64,000 nucleotides of DNA from Monocercomonoides exilis PA203 (Eukaryota > Protista > Preaxostyla): contig LSRY02000022.1 of NCBI GenBank assembly GCA_001643675.2, positions 930,001 to 994,000 of the forward strand, written 5' to 3'. Each line of letters begins with the position of its first letter. The stretch's first letter is position 1. Made by a program: the position numbers and the translations under genes. Positions 13,000-26,957 of the stretch are shown one piece after another. The notes beneath the pieces are model-generated. The model ran no database searches, was not told the DNA's origin, and worked only from the letters and a program-made list of their open reading frames with translations.

Positions 13000-15100
13000 T
13001 TGCATTTTCACTTTTCCAGATTCATTATTGATCCAGAAACAAAAAATTCTTCATCGTCATTGATGCTTTCTACTGATAAATCAACTTTGTTGATGATTCT
13101 TTGATTTCTTTTAAAAATTCTTTTTAACAAATTTGAGAAAATTTTGTCTCCGTTTATAACAAAATTGACTTTTATTCCACTAATTGAAGAGAGAAATGAA
13201 TAATCTTCAAAGAAAAGAACAAATGCGTTCAATTGAAAGTCAATCCTTTTCATTGTGCAAATGAACTTATTGCCCGACATCGCAAGGAGGAGCTCTTTTT
13301 GTTCATGACAATGGAAATGAAATCCTTTCAGTTGGAAATTCTTCATTTTCAAGATATAGTGCAACTTCCTCAAGCGATGGAGGAATATATGTTTTGGGGA
13401 AAGCTGAATCTTATGCGATGTGCGTTCAGCAGTTGTCCAATGAATGGTGAAAGCAACATCGGAATATGGAGGAGGAAGAATAATGATCGGAAACATTTAT
13501 TACCAATGGCTTATTGATGCATGAATGGTTTTTTTCTGTTCTTCTGGCATTGATGGAAAAGCATTTGAATTATTTCAAACGAAAACAGAGAAACAGAAAG
13601 AATGCATAATAAATACATTTTTTGACTACTGTGGATCTAATGTATCAGCTGGAAGCTCAGGGTGCACAATTCAACATTGGAGATACACTGATCATGCTGC
13701 ATTTACAAATTTTCTGTTTTGTCAATGGCATTAGATGAGTGGAGTCGGAGATGTTAGAATATTCATTTACAATAACAATTACGGAATATTGTTTTATTAC
13801 TGCTTTCTTATTGCAATAAATGTGTTGCAGGGGGACATGATATTATTCTTTACAATTAAAATGCAAATTACATTAAATTTTCCTGTTATTCAACCAGGCA
13901 AAAGTAAAAAAGAGTCAGAACAAGCCATTGTTTTGTTGCTGATCTATGTTGAAGGGTTCGAAACAACAACAAACAAGTTGGATTTGTCTTCTTGATACAA
14001 ACACGGAAAAATGCGAAGGGCACATGTTTATGTGAAAGAAAATATTCTTATTCGCGTAATTATATTTGTCATTGCTTCACTCGACTGATATCTGAATTTG
14101 TGGAGGAAATCAAAGTGTAGTCTGGAACAATTGTTCGGACGAAAAGTCTGGATTGTTGTGCAAATTCTAACACATTGTTTGGCCAAAGTGATGAGAGCAC
14201 AACACTTAAGACAGAACTTGAGTAATCAGATTTTTCTCTTTTTGATCTTTTGAAAGAGACATTTGCAGTCAGAGACCTAATTCTTATGCACAACTCGGAA
14301 TTGGCAAATAATAAAACCTTAAGGGTTTATGAAATTGCTGGATCAGGAGAGCAGAGGATAGGTGTGCCGAAAGTATCTTCTAAAAGAGGTCAATCTTCAG
14401 AAACGGCATTCACCATCGAGTTGATAAATGTTCAGAATGAGATGTTACAGATGGAAAGTGTGAACTTTGAAAGAACAATTACAATTGCTTCGTTATTTTT
14501 GTGATATGCGACGAAAGAAGTTTCATTGAACATTTTTGAGCGTGACTTCAGGGAGATTGAAATATCGGTGATGGATTTGCTTGTTGTTTTGTTCGTAAAA
14601 AATGGATTTCTGCACAAAAGTCCTGGATGAAGCATCCAACGAGAAAGGATAATAACCTCACTTAACAACAGACTTGCATATCAAAACCAACATGTTTGAA
14701 GATAAAGAAGAAAACTGATGCAGAACTGAAGCCAAATCAACCAAGCGGGAAGACAAAGCGATCGCTTTCAAAGAGGCGGCATCAGAATCGCGCGGAAAGA
14801 AACTGTTTCCAAATCCGGTCTCTGTTCCCATTGCAGAACACAATACATCCACCGGAGCTAAAAAGCAATAACCAGCTGATCCACAGAAAAATACACTGCA
14901 CTCATCCGCAGAGACTCCCGCTTGTTCACAAACGCATAAAACAAAACAGAAAACGAAAATATTCCTCTTTTTCCATCTGCGAACTTTGCAAGAAACATTA
15001 ATTGCATCCCACAAAATTGTCAAAATCACACCTTCTTGTGGAACAACCACTTCACACATAACAAACTGCTTTATCTTCTCTTACTCCTATTCTACACCAA
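13000..15100 (-). pseudogene. Degenerate fragment, probably of a beta-helix/surface-protein-like gene
   Basis: Broken minus-strand ORFs (14658-15059, 14432-14668, 14069-14293, 13008-13496) rich in S/I/N/C/F, similar in style to 20170-24610. Confidence 0.4.
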
Positions 15101-15399
15101 AATTAACAATGCTCTGATTGATGTTAAACAACAACTTCCATTCTTATTCTCTCAACTATTCACTCTTTCTCCATTTTTCTTTCTCCAACCTCTTCCAGTA
15201 TATGATTGCCTTCCATCTAACTTTTCTCTTTCAGATGAAAAAATTCGCTTCTTCCAATGGTAAAAACATGGCGAAATAGCTGTCTATTCCTCCGACTATA
15301 CATGTTTCAGCTTTTGCGGTCCATGTTCTTCATCATTCAGCGGGATCACTGCTTCTTATCGTTTTCACAGGCTCTCTTTTATTCTTTCCTCAAACTTTA

Positions 15400-16930
15400 T
15401 ATATGATGTTGGAAAGCCGCTTTTCACTCCTTTTCAATCAACAGCCTCACTCCCTTCTCCTTCTTCCTCTGCCTCTTCAATTTCCAACATCTGTGCCAGT
15501 TCTGCTTGAAGTTGCACCATTAAAAACAACACCAATTGCCCTTCTATCTTTGAAACCTCCAACTGTTCAGCTTTCACTTGCCGCTTCAATTAAATCCTTG
15601 CCCATGTCCACGACGATACCATAGAAAGCGACTGAGACAGCTTGTCAAGCACTGGACCTCCATCTTTGCGACTGTGTTTTTTAATGGCTCTGACAGAGGC
15701 TCTCTCTCGTCGGCTGCATTGCACACATTTTGCCGCTTCTGGTACAGCGTTAAAAAGTCATAGCCTTCACGCGCCTCCAGCATCAATGCAAAAGACCGCA
15801 GACAGCAGCCAGACAGCTAGCACGCATCCAGGATGATCTGCAACGAAAGCACCTTCATCGCCTCCTTCCGCTTCGCTGCCTCTTCCCGGAAGTAGTTCTG
15901 CAGAAACCCCAGAAACACAGATTTATCCGCCTCTACCTTCTTCGACTGCATTCCTTCGAACTCCCCAAAAAGCATCTTGAACTTCTTCTTCGACGCTCCT
16001 TTAAGCACCGTTAAGAAGAATTTGAAAAACAATTACTCGTCAACCATTAACTCCTCCTGCACAAGCTTCCTCCAAAACCTAACATCCACAAATTTCATCC
16101 AAAAAAACTCCACTTCGTGGATTATACCCTGCGGCGCTCACTTTCTCTTCTTCTGCTCTGCGTGTTTCTCCAACATTCACATAAACACAAAATTCCCAAA
16201 CCACTGCCTCGGAATAGCAACTCCAGATCACACAGCGCTTCCCTCTCCCAAGTCTGACCTTGTCTCCGATTATCCCCCAGATCGTCGACAGCTTCTACAC
16301 CACCTACGGCAGCAGCCCCATCTTCAGCGACGTCAGCACCCGCTGCATCTGCACAGATGACAACAAAGTGAGCGGTTTCTGAAGCATACGCGCCTTTTTA
16401 TTCTCCATCTTTTCTTGCTTCCTACACACTGTGCTCGTCAGCCACTTCATCGCAGTTGAAACTTCCTGCAAATAAGGTGCATCTGCACCTTTCTCCTCTG
16501 CTTCATCTATTTTTCGCCTGCCTACACAGCCACTGAAATGCTTCTTCTTCCGACACCTTCATTTTCTTTCAATCGCACTTCTTTTGCACAAGAATCAATT
16601 ACTGTTTCTCACTCACCTCATTGAACAGCACCTTCTTCTCCATCATCTCCACCAGTTGCTCTAGCAGCGATGGAGCTGCTGCGTTGTACGTAGCTCTCAG
16701 CTCCAGAATGTTCCTCTGGTTCATCCGAATTATCTTGTCATTCTCCTGCAGGTTCTCAGCAAGCCATCTCGTCCGCAACAAAATCCGCCCGTTGTCAAAT
16801 ATTTTTGCATCAGCACATTGATCTCCGAATGCCTCTTCTTCATCTCCTGCTTCGCCTCGTCGTGCTGCTCCTTCTTGTTCTCCTTCTCTTCCTCCTCCGC
16901 CACCTTCTTCTCTTCGCTTCTCTGCTCACT
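15400..16930 (-). pseudogene. Degenerate GC-richer gene fragment of unknown function
   Basis: Minus-strand ORF pieces 16599-16781, 15817-16032 and 15586-15786 with coding-like, E/K/A-rich composition, interrupted by stops. Confidence 0.45.
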
Positions 16931-18469
16931 GAACAGTGAAAGTTGACAAAGAAAATAATTGGCGTTTAGTGAAGAGAAGAATGACGAACTTCGTTGGTTA
17001 CAAGACTCTTTGTGAGATAAGTCTTCGTATTTTCCAGCAGCTCTATCTGCCTCACAACCACATCATCTACAGTTCAACTTGAATTTTTGTAAAACAATGA
17101 GTGCTCGATGTTTTCGAACTTCTGAAAAAGATGGAATTGTCTTTCTTCCTTGAATAAGTTTATATGAAATGAAGAAAGTTAAAATAAAATAAGCAGTCTA
17201 CATTTTCATATGATGATAGTTCGAAAAATATGTTCAAAATTCTTTTTCTTTTTCTTTTTCTTTTTTGTTTATTTCCTAAAAGAAAAAAACTAACACAACT
17301 TATCGATCATAAACAATTAACATTTTCGCTATAATATTCAACTATGATCAATTGTTCTCCAGTTAAAATACAAGAAAGTTCACAACAAATTATTTTTGTT
17401 CATTTTTGTATTCATTGAAAGTTTCAGAGTTTAAAAACCTGCAAGATCAAAAAATTCATAATCAACAGATTTGAAGCTAATATTTAATATATTCATATTC
17501 ATAAGGGGATTATCTTTGCATTGATTGTGACAACTAAAATAAAAGATTACAAAAGCTCATTGCATTGTGAAAGAAAAAAAGAAAAATTCAAATTTTACGA
17601 GTTCTTGTTAAATAACGAGAAAATATAGCAAAAAATTTAAATAACAATAAAATATATTTGTTTTTCACAACGAAATTTGCAAAAATAAAAATTTTAAATG
17701 CTTATAAAAAGAAAAAACGAGCGAATTAAACTTCTTAGAAATAATTACGGAAAACGAAAAACAAAATTTAATATATTGTGGGTAAGATCAGGCTAAAAAA
17801 AAGTGATTTTTCAAAAATTTTCACCCATTTATTTAATTTTTATTTTAATTTTTTATTTTATTTTATTTTATTTTATTTATTATTTTTTTTTCTTTCAGAA
17901 TTTTTACTGAATTATTTTAATTATAACTTTGAGGTTATATTATATAACAATTATTTTAATCAATGCATGAGTGAAATTCACTTGGATATTTTTGAGTTTC
18001 GTCAAAAATATTTTTTGAGTTATCCCATTTACATTGATTTTTCAAAAATAACAGATTTTCATTCCGTCAGAAAGAGCAAATTGCAGAAAATGAAAAATAA
18101 CTTGAACAGTTTGCAACAAAGAAAAAATAAGTTACATGTATAAAAGATGAACTGAATCGTCTTATTAAAATAGAAAAATTCATTAAAAGTCACATTTTTC
18201 AAAAATTAATATTATTTGTTTCTTCATAAATACAGCACAACAAATAAAAATTTCAATATGGCTAGATGTGTTATATACTGATGAACGAATGTGTGAATTA
18301 TTATAATTTAATTTTTAAAACTCTTCGAGATTAATGAATTTTAAAAAAAAGTCAGGGTTTTTGAAAAATTCCCTGGTTTCAGAACGATGGTATTATTTTA
18401 TAGTTACAAAAATAGAAAAAATAGAAAAGAATGGTTTTGGACAATAAAAATTAAATGAAAAGAATTTGG

Positions 18470-19921
18470 TTAAACGTTTACAAAATAATCATATATATTC
18501 AACGACAAAACAGTTTGCCAAAAATGTTCGTTTTGAAATTCAAATACTTTGTGAAAGCAAGCTATGGCATCTTCGTATCCTTCTTCCTCCATCTTTTCAA
18601 ACGCTATTCTTTTTGTTAATTTTCTTTCCTCCTCTTCCTTTTCATCATCCGTCTTTTCTTTCAATCTTTCTGTAATATTCATAAAGAAACGCAAACAATT
18701 CCAAATAATTGCATCATCCAAAGTTGATTGCTTCATTTCCTCTGAAAACAGATCAATAGCTCCACTTTTCAACAAGTCATCAATTTTCACATTTCTCTTT
18801 TCTGCTGCATATCTAAGTGAGCTGAGACATATATTGCGAATATCTTTGTGATTGTTCCTTGACGCTCGAAATACTTGAACAATGCTGGATATAAGTCCAG
18901 CAAGTTCTTCATTCCACAATGCGTTTGAGTTTAAGAAACTAAAAATTTCATTGAACCATTTCTCGATAACAAGTACTTCCTTCACTTCTGTTTCTTTTCT
19001 TCTTTCTTCTTTTCTCTTCCAATCCATACACTTTGAAAGATCTCCCAGTTCTTTTGCTGCTTCTCTTGCGAAATGCAGTTCATTCGTAATCACTTCTTCC
19101 ATGCTATAATCTTCATATAATCTGCATATCAAAAACTTCCAAGCAGACTGATAGGCAAGTCGAGTCAAGTTGTGATGTTCCTGGCAATATTCAATGATTT
19201 CTTTGATTTCATTCAAATACAGTTTTTGTTCAATAAACTAATTAAAAAAAGAGGAAAAATTCATTCACATTAAAAATAAAATTGAAATGCTCATACGTAA
19301 CTCCCAAAATTGCTCAAAGCCAATAAAGTCATTTCCACTTCTTTTTGTGATTCCTCATTTTCTTCTTTCTTCGAAGCAATCTTCAGAAGGCATGGCACAA
19401 TGATTGAAAGAACTTCACCAAAAATGACATCCTCACCCAGCATAGTATAACATTCACAAAGATCGGCCAAAAGCTTTTCATCTTTTTTCTTCTCATTTTC
19501 ATTAATTATCACCTCTTTCAGACTTTCGCTCAATGATGATTCATCGAAAGAATAGCATATAAAGCATTTCAATTCTTTGTAATACCCAGCATTCTTCAAC
19601 AACAAAATTGCACTTTGCAATGACAATGTCTTTTCTTCAATCATTTGGTGTATTTTATCGAACAGTTCTTCTGTGAAAACTGATTTGAATTCTTCTTCAT
19701 CCATTTCATTAATCATTTCATTCAATTCTTTTATTTTCTGCATTTGTTCTTCCTCATTGCACTCTTCAAGTCCATTTAACAATTCTTTAAAGACGATGCA
19801 AAATTTCAACTATTTTTTTCAAAATTGTTCAACCCAAATAAAACAGCAAACTTGAAAACTGCACGGTTTTGGTCATAGCCTGAACTCCTTTTTCACATTT
19901 ATAAGCATTTGTCAAACTCAT
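18470..19921 (-). CDS. Same helical family, copy 3, apparently intact; exons 19921-19852, 19784-19297, 19237-18470
   Basis: ATG at 19921; two GT-AG introns at the same protein positions as in copy 2; spliced frame is open to TAA; family motifs conserved. Confidence 0.88.
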
Positions 19922-20169
19922 TCTGTTTTTTGCAAAAAAATATTCAAAATAACGAGTAAAGTGTGACAAGAAACAAAATTAAAGATAAAAACAAACAACA
20001 TTGATTATCTTGCAGTACAAAAATGATCGTAACACAAACTGTTGAGTTTTTGCTTAATAAAAAGAAGTGTTAAAGATGTTACAAAGAAGCCGCAAGGATT
20101 AGCTGTATAAGGCCAAAAATGGAAATTTTTTGTTTTTTTGATCAAAACCAACAGATTATTTGAGAGAGA

Positions 20170-23100
20170 TGTTTTTTTTATAATTCATTAACAAATTGAA
20201 CCATCTTTTTGTCTAATGGAATCAATGGCAAATACTTTAACAAAGAGGAAAAGAAATCTGTCAGATTGAATGAGTTAACGGAAGATGTTTTTTGTTTTTT
20301 TGTGGAGAAGAATGATTCTGAAACCAAAAACAGACGATTTTTAAATGTTTGACATGTTTTTGTGAATTGTGTTATTTTGAGCTCATTTATCAATGGAACA
20401 TTGGGTTGCGAAAGATGAAAAGAAATGAAATTCAGAAAATCATCACAAATCGGATGAACAAAAGAAAAGAAAAGAAAAGTTCTTGAATATGGAGAACATG
20501 TCTGTTGAGAGGAAGAAGATAAATGATCAATGCTCCAATTGCAAAATAATCTTGTGCCTAAAGAAAAGGAATGAATTTCAACTCCAATAGAAAAGATGGA
20601 GATTCTTCTGTTCATTGAGAGTGAAACATCAATAGAAATATCCTCATATCTTAGGATGTCATAAATAGATAAAAACATTCAAGTTCGTTTTCATTTCAGC
20701 TGATCTGAATTTTGGAGAAGAAGGAAGAAGACAGTTTTTCCACATAACGCACCCAAGAAACACATCAGCAAGGCTAAATCTCAACAAATGAAAGGGAAAA
20801 TGGGATTCCGGAGAGAAAAAAGTGGTCCAATCAAACATCAGTATCTTTGGAATGTAGAGAACAGCTTCCTTTTTTAACAATACTCAGAAAATTCTTTCGT
20901 GTGCTGCAATTAACAGTTTGCAAGTATGGATGCTCTCCATTCATCTTCAGCGATATCTGCCAAACGTTGAGGCATAGGGGGAAAAAAATACTGCTGCTCA
21001 AACATCACGTCAATTCATCATCTTTCTGGGTCAATTCCGAATCAAATAGGAATTTTTATTTGTATTTGATTTCTAATCTTTATCTTGATGAAATGTTTAA
21101 CTCAAGTGAGTGATGAAGTTGCGCATTTGCTCATCATATGATAGTAGATGAGACACTTTCAGCTCAGCTTCCCTAATAATACAGAATCGAATGGTACTAT
21201 TTTCATGTAAAGAGCTTCACATCGAAAAGGCTCATAACCATCTCGGACATCACCTTCAATATCGACTTCATTGACATTATCAGAAAAGAAAAACGAAATA
21301 CAATTCCTTCTCTTTTTCCCACCACCTTTTTCACTCCAAACCCCCTTTTTTTTAATAAGTTTTTCACATTGTCTAATGTTCCACAATACCATTTCTTAGT
21401 GTTTATTTGTTTTTATAACGCAAAGTTTTGTTTTATCAAGCAAATGCATAAACCCTCATATCGCTATCACATTGATCCTGTGCAATGACCTATTGATCGT
21501 GATCTCAAATGAAAGAGAAGGAGTTGAATTTCCTTTTTCTTTAATATCATAAAATTGCATCTTTGAAAACGTTTATTGCATATTCCGATATCAAAACGCA
21601 CAAACTGAAATCTTTCATTTGAAACATCAATGGAAAGAATTCTTCAATTCTCCTCATTCATTTTGTGCGATATCGACATGATTATCTGAATAATATTCGC
21701 ACAGCTTCATCATCATCACCACTTCCTTCTTCAAATACAAACGAAAATGCATTCTCAAGAAAAAAAAAAGCTATTGCCCATTTCTTCATTTCACAAGATA
21801 ATGACGAGCTATTGAGGCTGATTGGACTTTCAAATGTGAATGTGTGTGTTGTGTTCGCATGACAGGAAGAACTGTTGTTTGATACAAATGTTCGTTTGAA
21901 TGAGTTTCTTGTTTCAACTGTTGCACGGTTGTCTTTTCCTTTCTCAGCATATTCTGTTTTATCCACTTCATCAATCAAGATACTGAGATAAAAAGCGAAG
22001 AAAGTGACAAGAGATAAGCGTTCATCCCCATCATCCACCGCTCCGCAATTCAACCTTCAGATGTCTCGATGGTGAAGGAATCAAACATGAAGGAGGTGTG
22101 GATGAAGGACATCAATAGACGGAAGAGGATTGTTGTTCCTGAAGATGTTGTGGTGCATGCAAATCACGTGAAGTTGTTTTCAAGATCACTGGAGATACCG
22201 TGGGTATATGCTATCACTTGGCCTTCTGTGCAGTTCGTGAGCATTATGGACATGCGATTTGTGGAGCTTTCAATGAAGCTTTCAGTTCCGCTGGTGAAGC
22301 CTCTTCTTTTTCTTGCAGCATTTATGTGTACGAAGTCTGGGAGCATTGAGTCTTTTCAGCAGCAGATAAGAATTCGTTCACTTTGATTCACTATCTGTTT
22401 GACCTGTTGATTCCGCAGTCAAAGATGGTGTTGCTTATGCGGGGATTGTCGAAATGGATGTATGTGATCGTGAATTTTGACAACGAAGTGACGAGGTGAA
22501 GAATGGCAATGTGCTAAGCGGGAGAGATTGTGGAAAAGGAACTGTCAGAGGATGCGTTGATGATTGATGATTTTGCTATTTCTCTCAATATGATTTTAAA
22601 AGATGTTCTGGAGGAATGAGAAGAAGCAGAGGAAGGGGAAGGAAATGAGGAAAAAAAACTGACCTAATGTGCCAAAGAAATTCTTTTGAATAACGAAAAT
22701 CAAATTTGGGAAAGTTCGGAACAGATTGGAAGCTGTAATTTGTTGAGAAGATCATCCAAAAAGTTAGAAGAATGGAGAGATGGAAACTGGTTTGATAAAG
22801 GCACAAAGCGGACATATATTTTGAAAAAAACTAACTCCTCTGTATTTTTCCACCATTTGTAATTTCACAGAGAATTTGAAAACAGGTGAAAGTTAATAAG
22901 CAGTATATGAAGCATGTTTAAGAAGAGAATCACAAAAAAATGAAAATGTTTACAAATAAGATTTTGTTCAAACATCAACCTCCAATACCACATGAAATCA
23001 ATAAAGAACAAGAGAGATCTCTTTCTTTATCAGAGACAGAAGGAAGTTCGAAAGATATAATTGGAAGAAGAGCTTATCAGATCAAAAAATGAAATCAACA

Positions 23101-24610
23101 TGATTTTTCAATCCAATTTCTATTGAAACGTTCATATTTCTTTAATCATTTGAAATGAAAGTCTTGAAACTCCATTCAACACTTTTATTCTTGTCATCAT
23201 TTTTTTGAGATTCTCAATTTCATTCGAAATTTCAAAAAAATGCTAAGAAAAAGAAAATAGATGATTATTTCAAACGATGACTTTCTTTCATTCCGTGTAT
23301 TTTTGTTAAAAATATTTTGTTGTGTTTGCACTGAGGAGTCATATCAAATTTTTCCAAAATCTTTTTCAAGCCATTTTTATTTTCCAAAATTTGAAAGAAT
23401 TGTGTAAATTTCACTGTTTTCTGTTCGCATGGCTAAATTGTCAATTGGATCAATGTTGTTTTCTGAAGAGCCAAAAATGAAAATATCGTTCCATCTCAAA
23501 GTGCATTTGCTTTTGTGAAAAGCAGCAATAAAGCAATGTTCTGAAATTGTTTCTATTAAATAACTTTACTGCTTCTCCTTCCTTGCTCATCGAATGGGAA
23601 TGGTGGAAATAACATTTTGAAATGACAACCTTTCCAACATGATTCCATTTCTGAAATGAACCTCCCGCCGATAATGTTTAACTGTTTGATTCACAAGAGG
23701 CAAGCAATAAAGGTGTGGAGAATAATTATTCCTTTTTTGTCATTGTTGGACACATGTAAACTGTCCACAAATATTCCCCGAAGAACAAAAAGAAATGTTA
23801 TCATTGAATATCAGTTGAACAACAATTATTAAATATTTAATTTCTCTTCAAACTCCAAATGAATTCTCGTTTTGTTAAGTATTGGATGAATGAAGAATGA
23901 TGAACAGCACATTCGGTTGTTTTCAATGCATTCATTCTCCACGTTTTATTGAAGTGTCATTGCTTATTCCAATAGAACAATTTTTCAAAGTCAGAATCGT
24001 CATGAATAAATCATTAACAAAAAGAACAACTTCTTGTTCTGAATTGCAATCTGTCCACTCGCAAAGTGAAAAGGATTAATTATTTATTGTAATCATTTAT
24101 TTTCTGATAACAATTGTTTGCCTCTTTTCAAAGTGTGTTGTTTCGTTTTTGCAGACATTTTCATGAGATAAAAAGAATCCACTTGAGATCCCTTTTTCAA
24201 ATCCTGTGATGCTTGAATATACGAAGTGTCTCTCAAAAGTCGGCAAATTGTTCTTATTTCACATTTGACAATTGATTTTTTTGTCATAATTTGCAGATAT
24301 ATTTCTGAAAACACAAAGAATAATCTGTAGGTTTTTTCAACTTCCTGATGCAAAAAAATTGCCCTGTTTTGATACAACAAATCGCTGAAGAAGGAGTATC
24401 TCAAAACAAATGAATTTCAATCAACAGAGGAAGAAACAAGAGTGTTTGGATTTATGTTCTTCAGTGGATTCATTTTCAGGTATGAGAAGCATGTTGTTTC
24501 ATACCAAAAAACAAAGGAAGAAGAAGATAAATATTGTGAAATGTGATATTTAATAATATCTTTCGATTTATATGGAATTTGCATCAACGAAATAGAAGTG
24601 AGCTCATCTA
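20170..24610 (-). pseudogene. Heavily decayed large beta-helix (pectin-lyase-fold-like) surface protein gene
   Basis: Scattered minus-strand remnants (FVHINAARKRRGFTSGTES, NCTEGQVIAY, DIEGDVRDGYEPFRCEAL) with many stops and frameshifts. Fold assignment is inferred from composition. Confidence 0.5.
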
Positions 24611-25640
24611 TTTAATTTGGAAATGAGAAAGAAAAATAGAAGAATCAAAAAAAATAATAACAATATCAATTAACAGAACTTGTCGAAATCATTTTACATC
24701 AGAGAATGAACAAAGATAAATTGAAGACATTCAGGATTTTATTAATGGAAAACATGCATTTTCCATGTTTCGTTATTGGAATCAAAATTATCTAGTCTGT
24801 GGATGAAAAACAAAATTGATGGTTGATTTTCCTTCTATTGTCAAATGCTCATTTAATGATAAAAAAAACTTGATTTAAACAGGAATCCAAATGTTAATGA
24901 TATTATCGCTTCAAAAGAATTATTGTTTTCATTGGTGAGAAAAACAAAAAATGAATTTGTTGTTAAGCAAAGTCTTTTTTCTTCTCAAAAAAAAAATTTC
25001 AAATCTTCTTTCGTTTTTTCAACTTCAACATTTCTTTTTGAACAGCAAATAAATGTTAATCTTTCTTCCAAAATATGATCTATTGTAGATAATCAGTTTT
25101 TATTAAAACACTCTTCTATTTCAGTAATGCATGAAAAAGTTTGTTAAATATTCATTGGTTGCAAAAAATGAACACTTTTCTCAAACAACATATTTAAAAC
25201 TGTATTCACAAATCCATTCCTAACAATGTTCATGATTGAATTGCAAGCAATTGAATTATTATGAAAAAATTCTTCTTTTTTAGGGATGCCAAAAGTGGAA
25301 AATTCAGAATATAATATTTTTTATAAGAATAATTATGTACAAAACATCATTTTTTTGTCAATGATTTTCACACAACTCAGTGATTGTAACTTTTGTTTAT
25401 GAAAAGAAAAAAGAAATAAAGAAATGTTTTGGGCGCTTATTTTGACTTTTCTATTATTACTGGTTCCTTTCATTCAATTAGAAAGAATCATTAACACTGA
25501 CATCTCATTATCTATTTGTGAATTTTTCTCATTATTCAAATATTCTTCAATTTTATTCAAACCACATTTTGGATAAGGTTTTCATATGTATAAAGGATTT
25601 GTTGATCTGTTGTGATTCAGAAAAGTGAACATCAAACAAA

Positions 25641-26957
25641 ATGCTTTTTGTTTTTGCTTGTCTCCTGTCTGCTTCATTTGCAAGATCACATGAAGTGAAT
25701 AATGGAACATTTACAGAAGTTTACGTTAAGCAAAGCGGAGATGATAGCAACAACGGTACTGCGATCGGTCAGGAAAAGAAATCATTAAGAGATGCTTATT
25801 TCCTATTGGTAAATGACAAGTCAAACAAAATCTTTGTTGTTCATGATGCGACTCCTCTGACAGCAGAGGCAATGTTGTTGACAAAGACTCAAGGAATAAC
25901 CATTGAAGGTGTCAACGAAAAAGGAGATGGAAACACAGAAGTTGCAATTGATTGTAATGCAACTGTTCCATCATCAAATTCATCAACAGCTCTATTCGCA
26001 TGCTATTACACAGTTGAATTCAAATATTTGGCCTTCCAATTCTCAACAATAGAACATTATTGGGACATATTAATCTATTCAAGAACAGATTCCTTGGGAA
26101 TAAGCAACTGTCAATTTGTCAGGATTGGAGCAACATCACAAGGAGGAATAACATCAAATGTTGATGGAAACAGTCCTGTGGCACAGTCTCTTGTTGAAGC
26201 GAATGGTGGAAAAGTCATAATGAATTCAGTGAAATGCACAGATGAAACATCATTCGTGACATTTTCGAATGCTTTATTTATTTTTGATGGAGCAGAGGAA
26301 GTGACATTGAATGAAGTGGAGATCAACAAAGTCAACGTTCTTTACGGATCTTCTATAAGTGTTAGTGATAGTGCAGATGCAATTGGTAAATTTTCCATTG
26401 AGGGATTGAATATTCAGGAAGTGAATACAGAAAGAAGCGGTACCGCTGGTTTAAACATTAATTTAGGTTCTGTTGGAGCAACATTGTCAATTGGAAGGAC
26501 AAGAAAATGCACTTTCAAGTCATGCACCACACGTAATGGACTTGTAGGTGCAATGCTCATTTATATGTCACAAACAAAATCTTATCTGAAGCTTCCAGCT
26601 GCAAACAATTTGGATATTGACGGCACAAATACAGTTAATTCAACTTCAAGATCAATATTCATAAGGGCGCCAGATATTGAGGAATTTTGTGAACAGGAAG
26701 ACTCTTTTGAGTTTGCAAACGATTACGACGAATCAGCTGCTGGATGGATTATGGTAGCAAAAGACGAAGATTCAGATCCAGTGGATGTGTACGAAAAGTA
26801 TATTAAAGTGAGGCAAGAAAAACAAAAAGAAGAAGTTCAAAAGAAAAAAACAGGGACAATTGTTGCGATTGTGGCGCCAATAGTAGTCGTTGTTGTTGCC
26901 GTTGTTGTGGTTGTTGTAATTATCGTTGTCAGGAAAAGGAAATCAAAAAGCGGCTAG
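25641..26957 (+). CDS. Single-pass type I membrane protein with probable right-handed beta-helix ectodomain, 438 aa
   Basis: Intact single-exon ORF. Signal peptide MLFVFACLLSASFA; YVKQSGDDSNNGT...KKSLRDA motif typical of beta-helix N-caps; Val-rich TM followed by RKRKSKSG. Confidence 0.85.
   Translation: MLFVFACLLSASFARSHEVNNGTFTEVYVKQSGDDSNNGTAIGQEKKSLRDAYFLLVNDKSNKIFVVHDATPLTAEAMLLTKTQGITIEGVNEKGDGNTEVAIDCNATVPSSNSSTALFACYYTVEFKYLAFQFSTIEHYWDILIYSRTDSLGISNCQFVRIGATSQGGITSNVDGNSPVAQSLVEANGGKVIMNSVKCTDETSFVTFSNALFIFDGAEEVTLNEVEINKVNVLYGSSISVSDSADAIGKFSIEGLNIQEVNTERSGTAGLNINLGSVGATLSIGRTRKCTFKSCTTRNGLVGAMLIYMSQTKSYLKLPAANNLDIDGTNTVNSTSRSIFIRAPDIEEFCEQEDSFEFANDYDESAAGWIMVAKDEDSDPVDVYEKYIKVRQEKQKEEVQKKKTGTIVAIVAPIVVVVVAVVVVVVIIVVRKRKSKSG

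Noticed and set aside
17790-18380. Possible CAGG-ended hAT MITE with recurring AAAAGT...TTTTTCAAAAATT motifs
   Set aside because: The ends match only in AT-rich sequence and there is no TSD.
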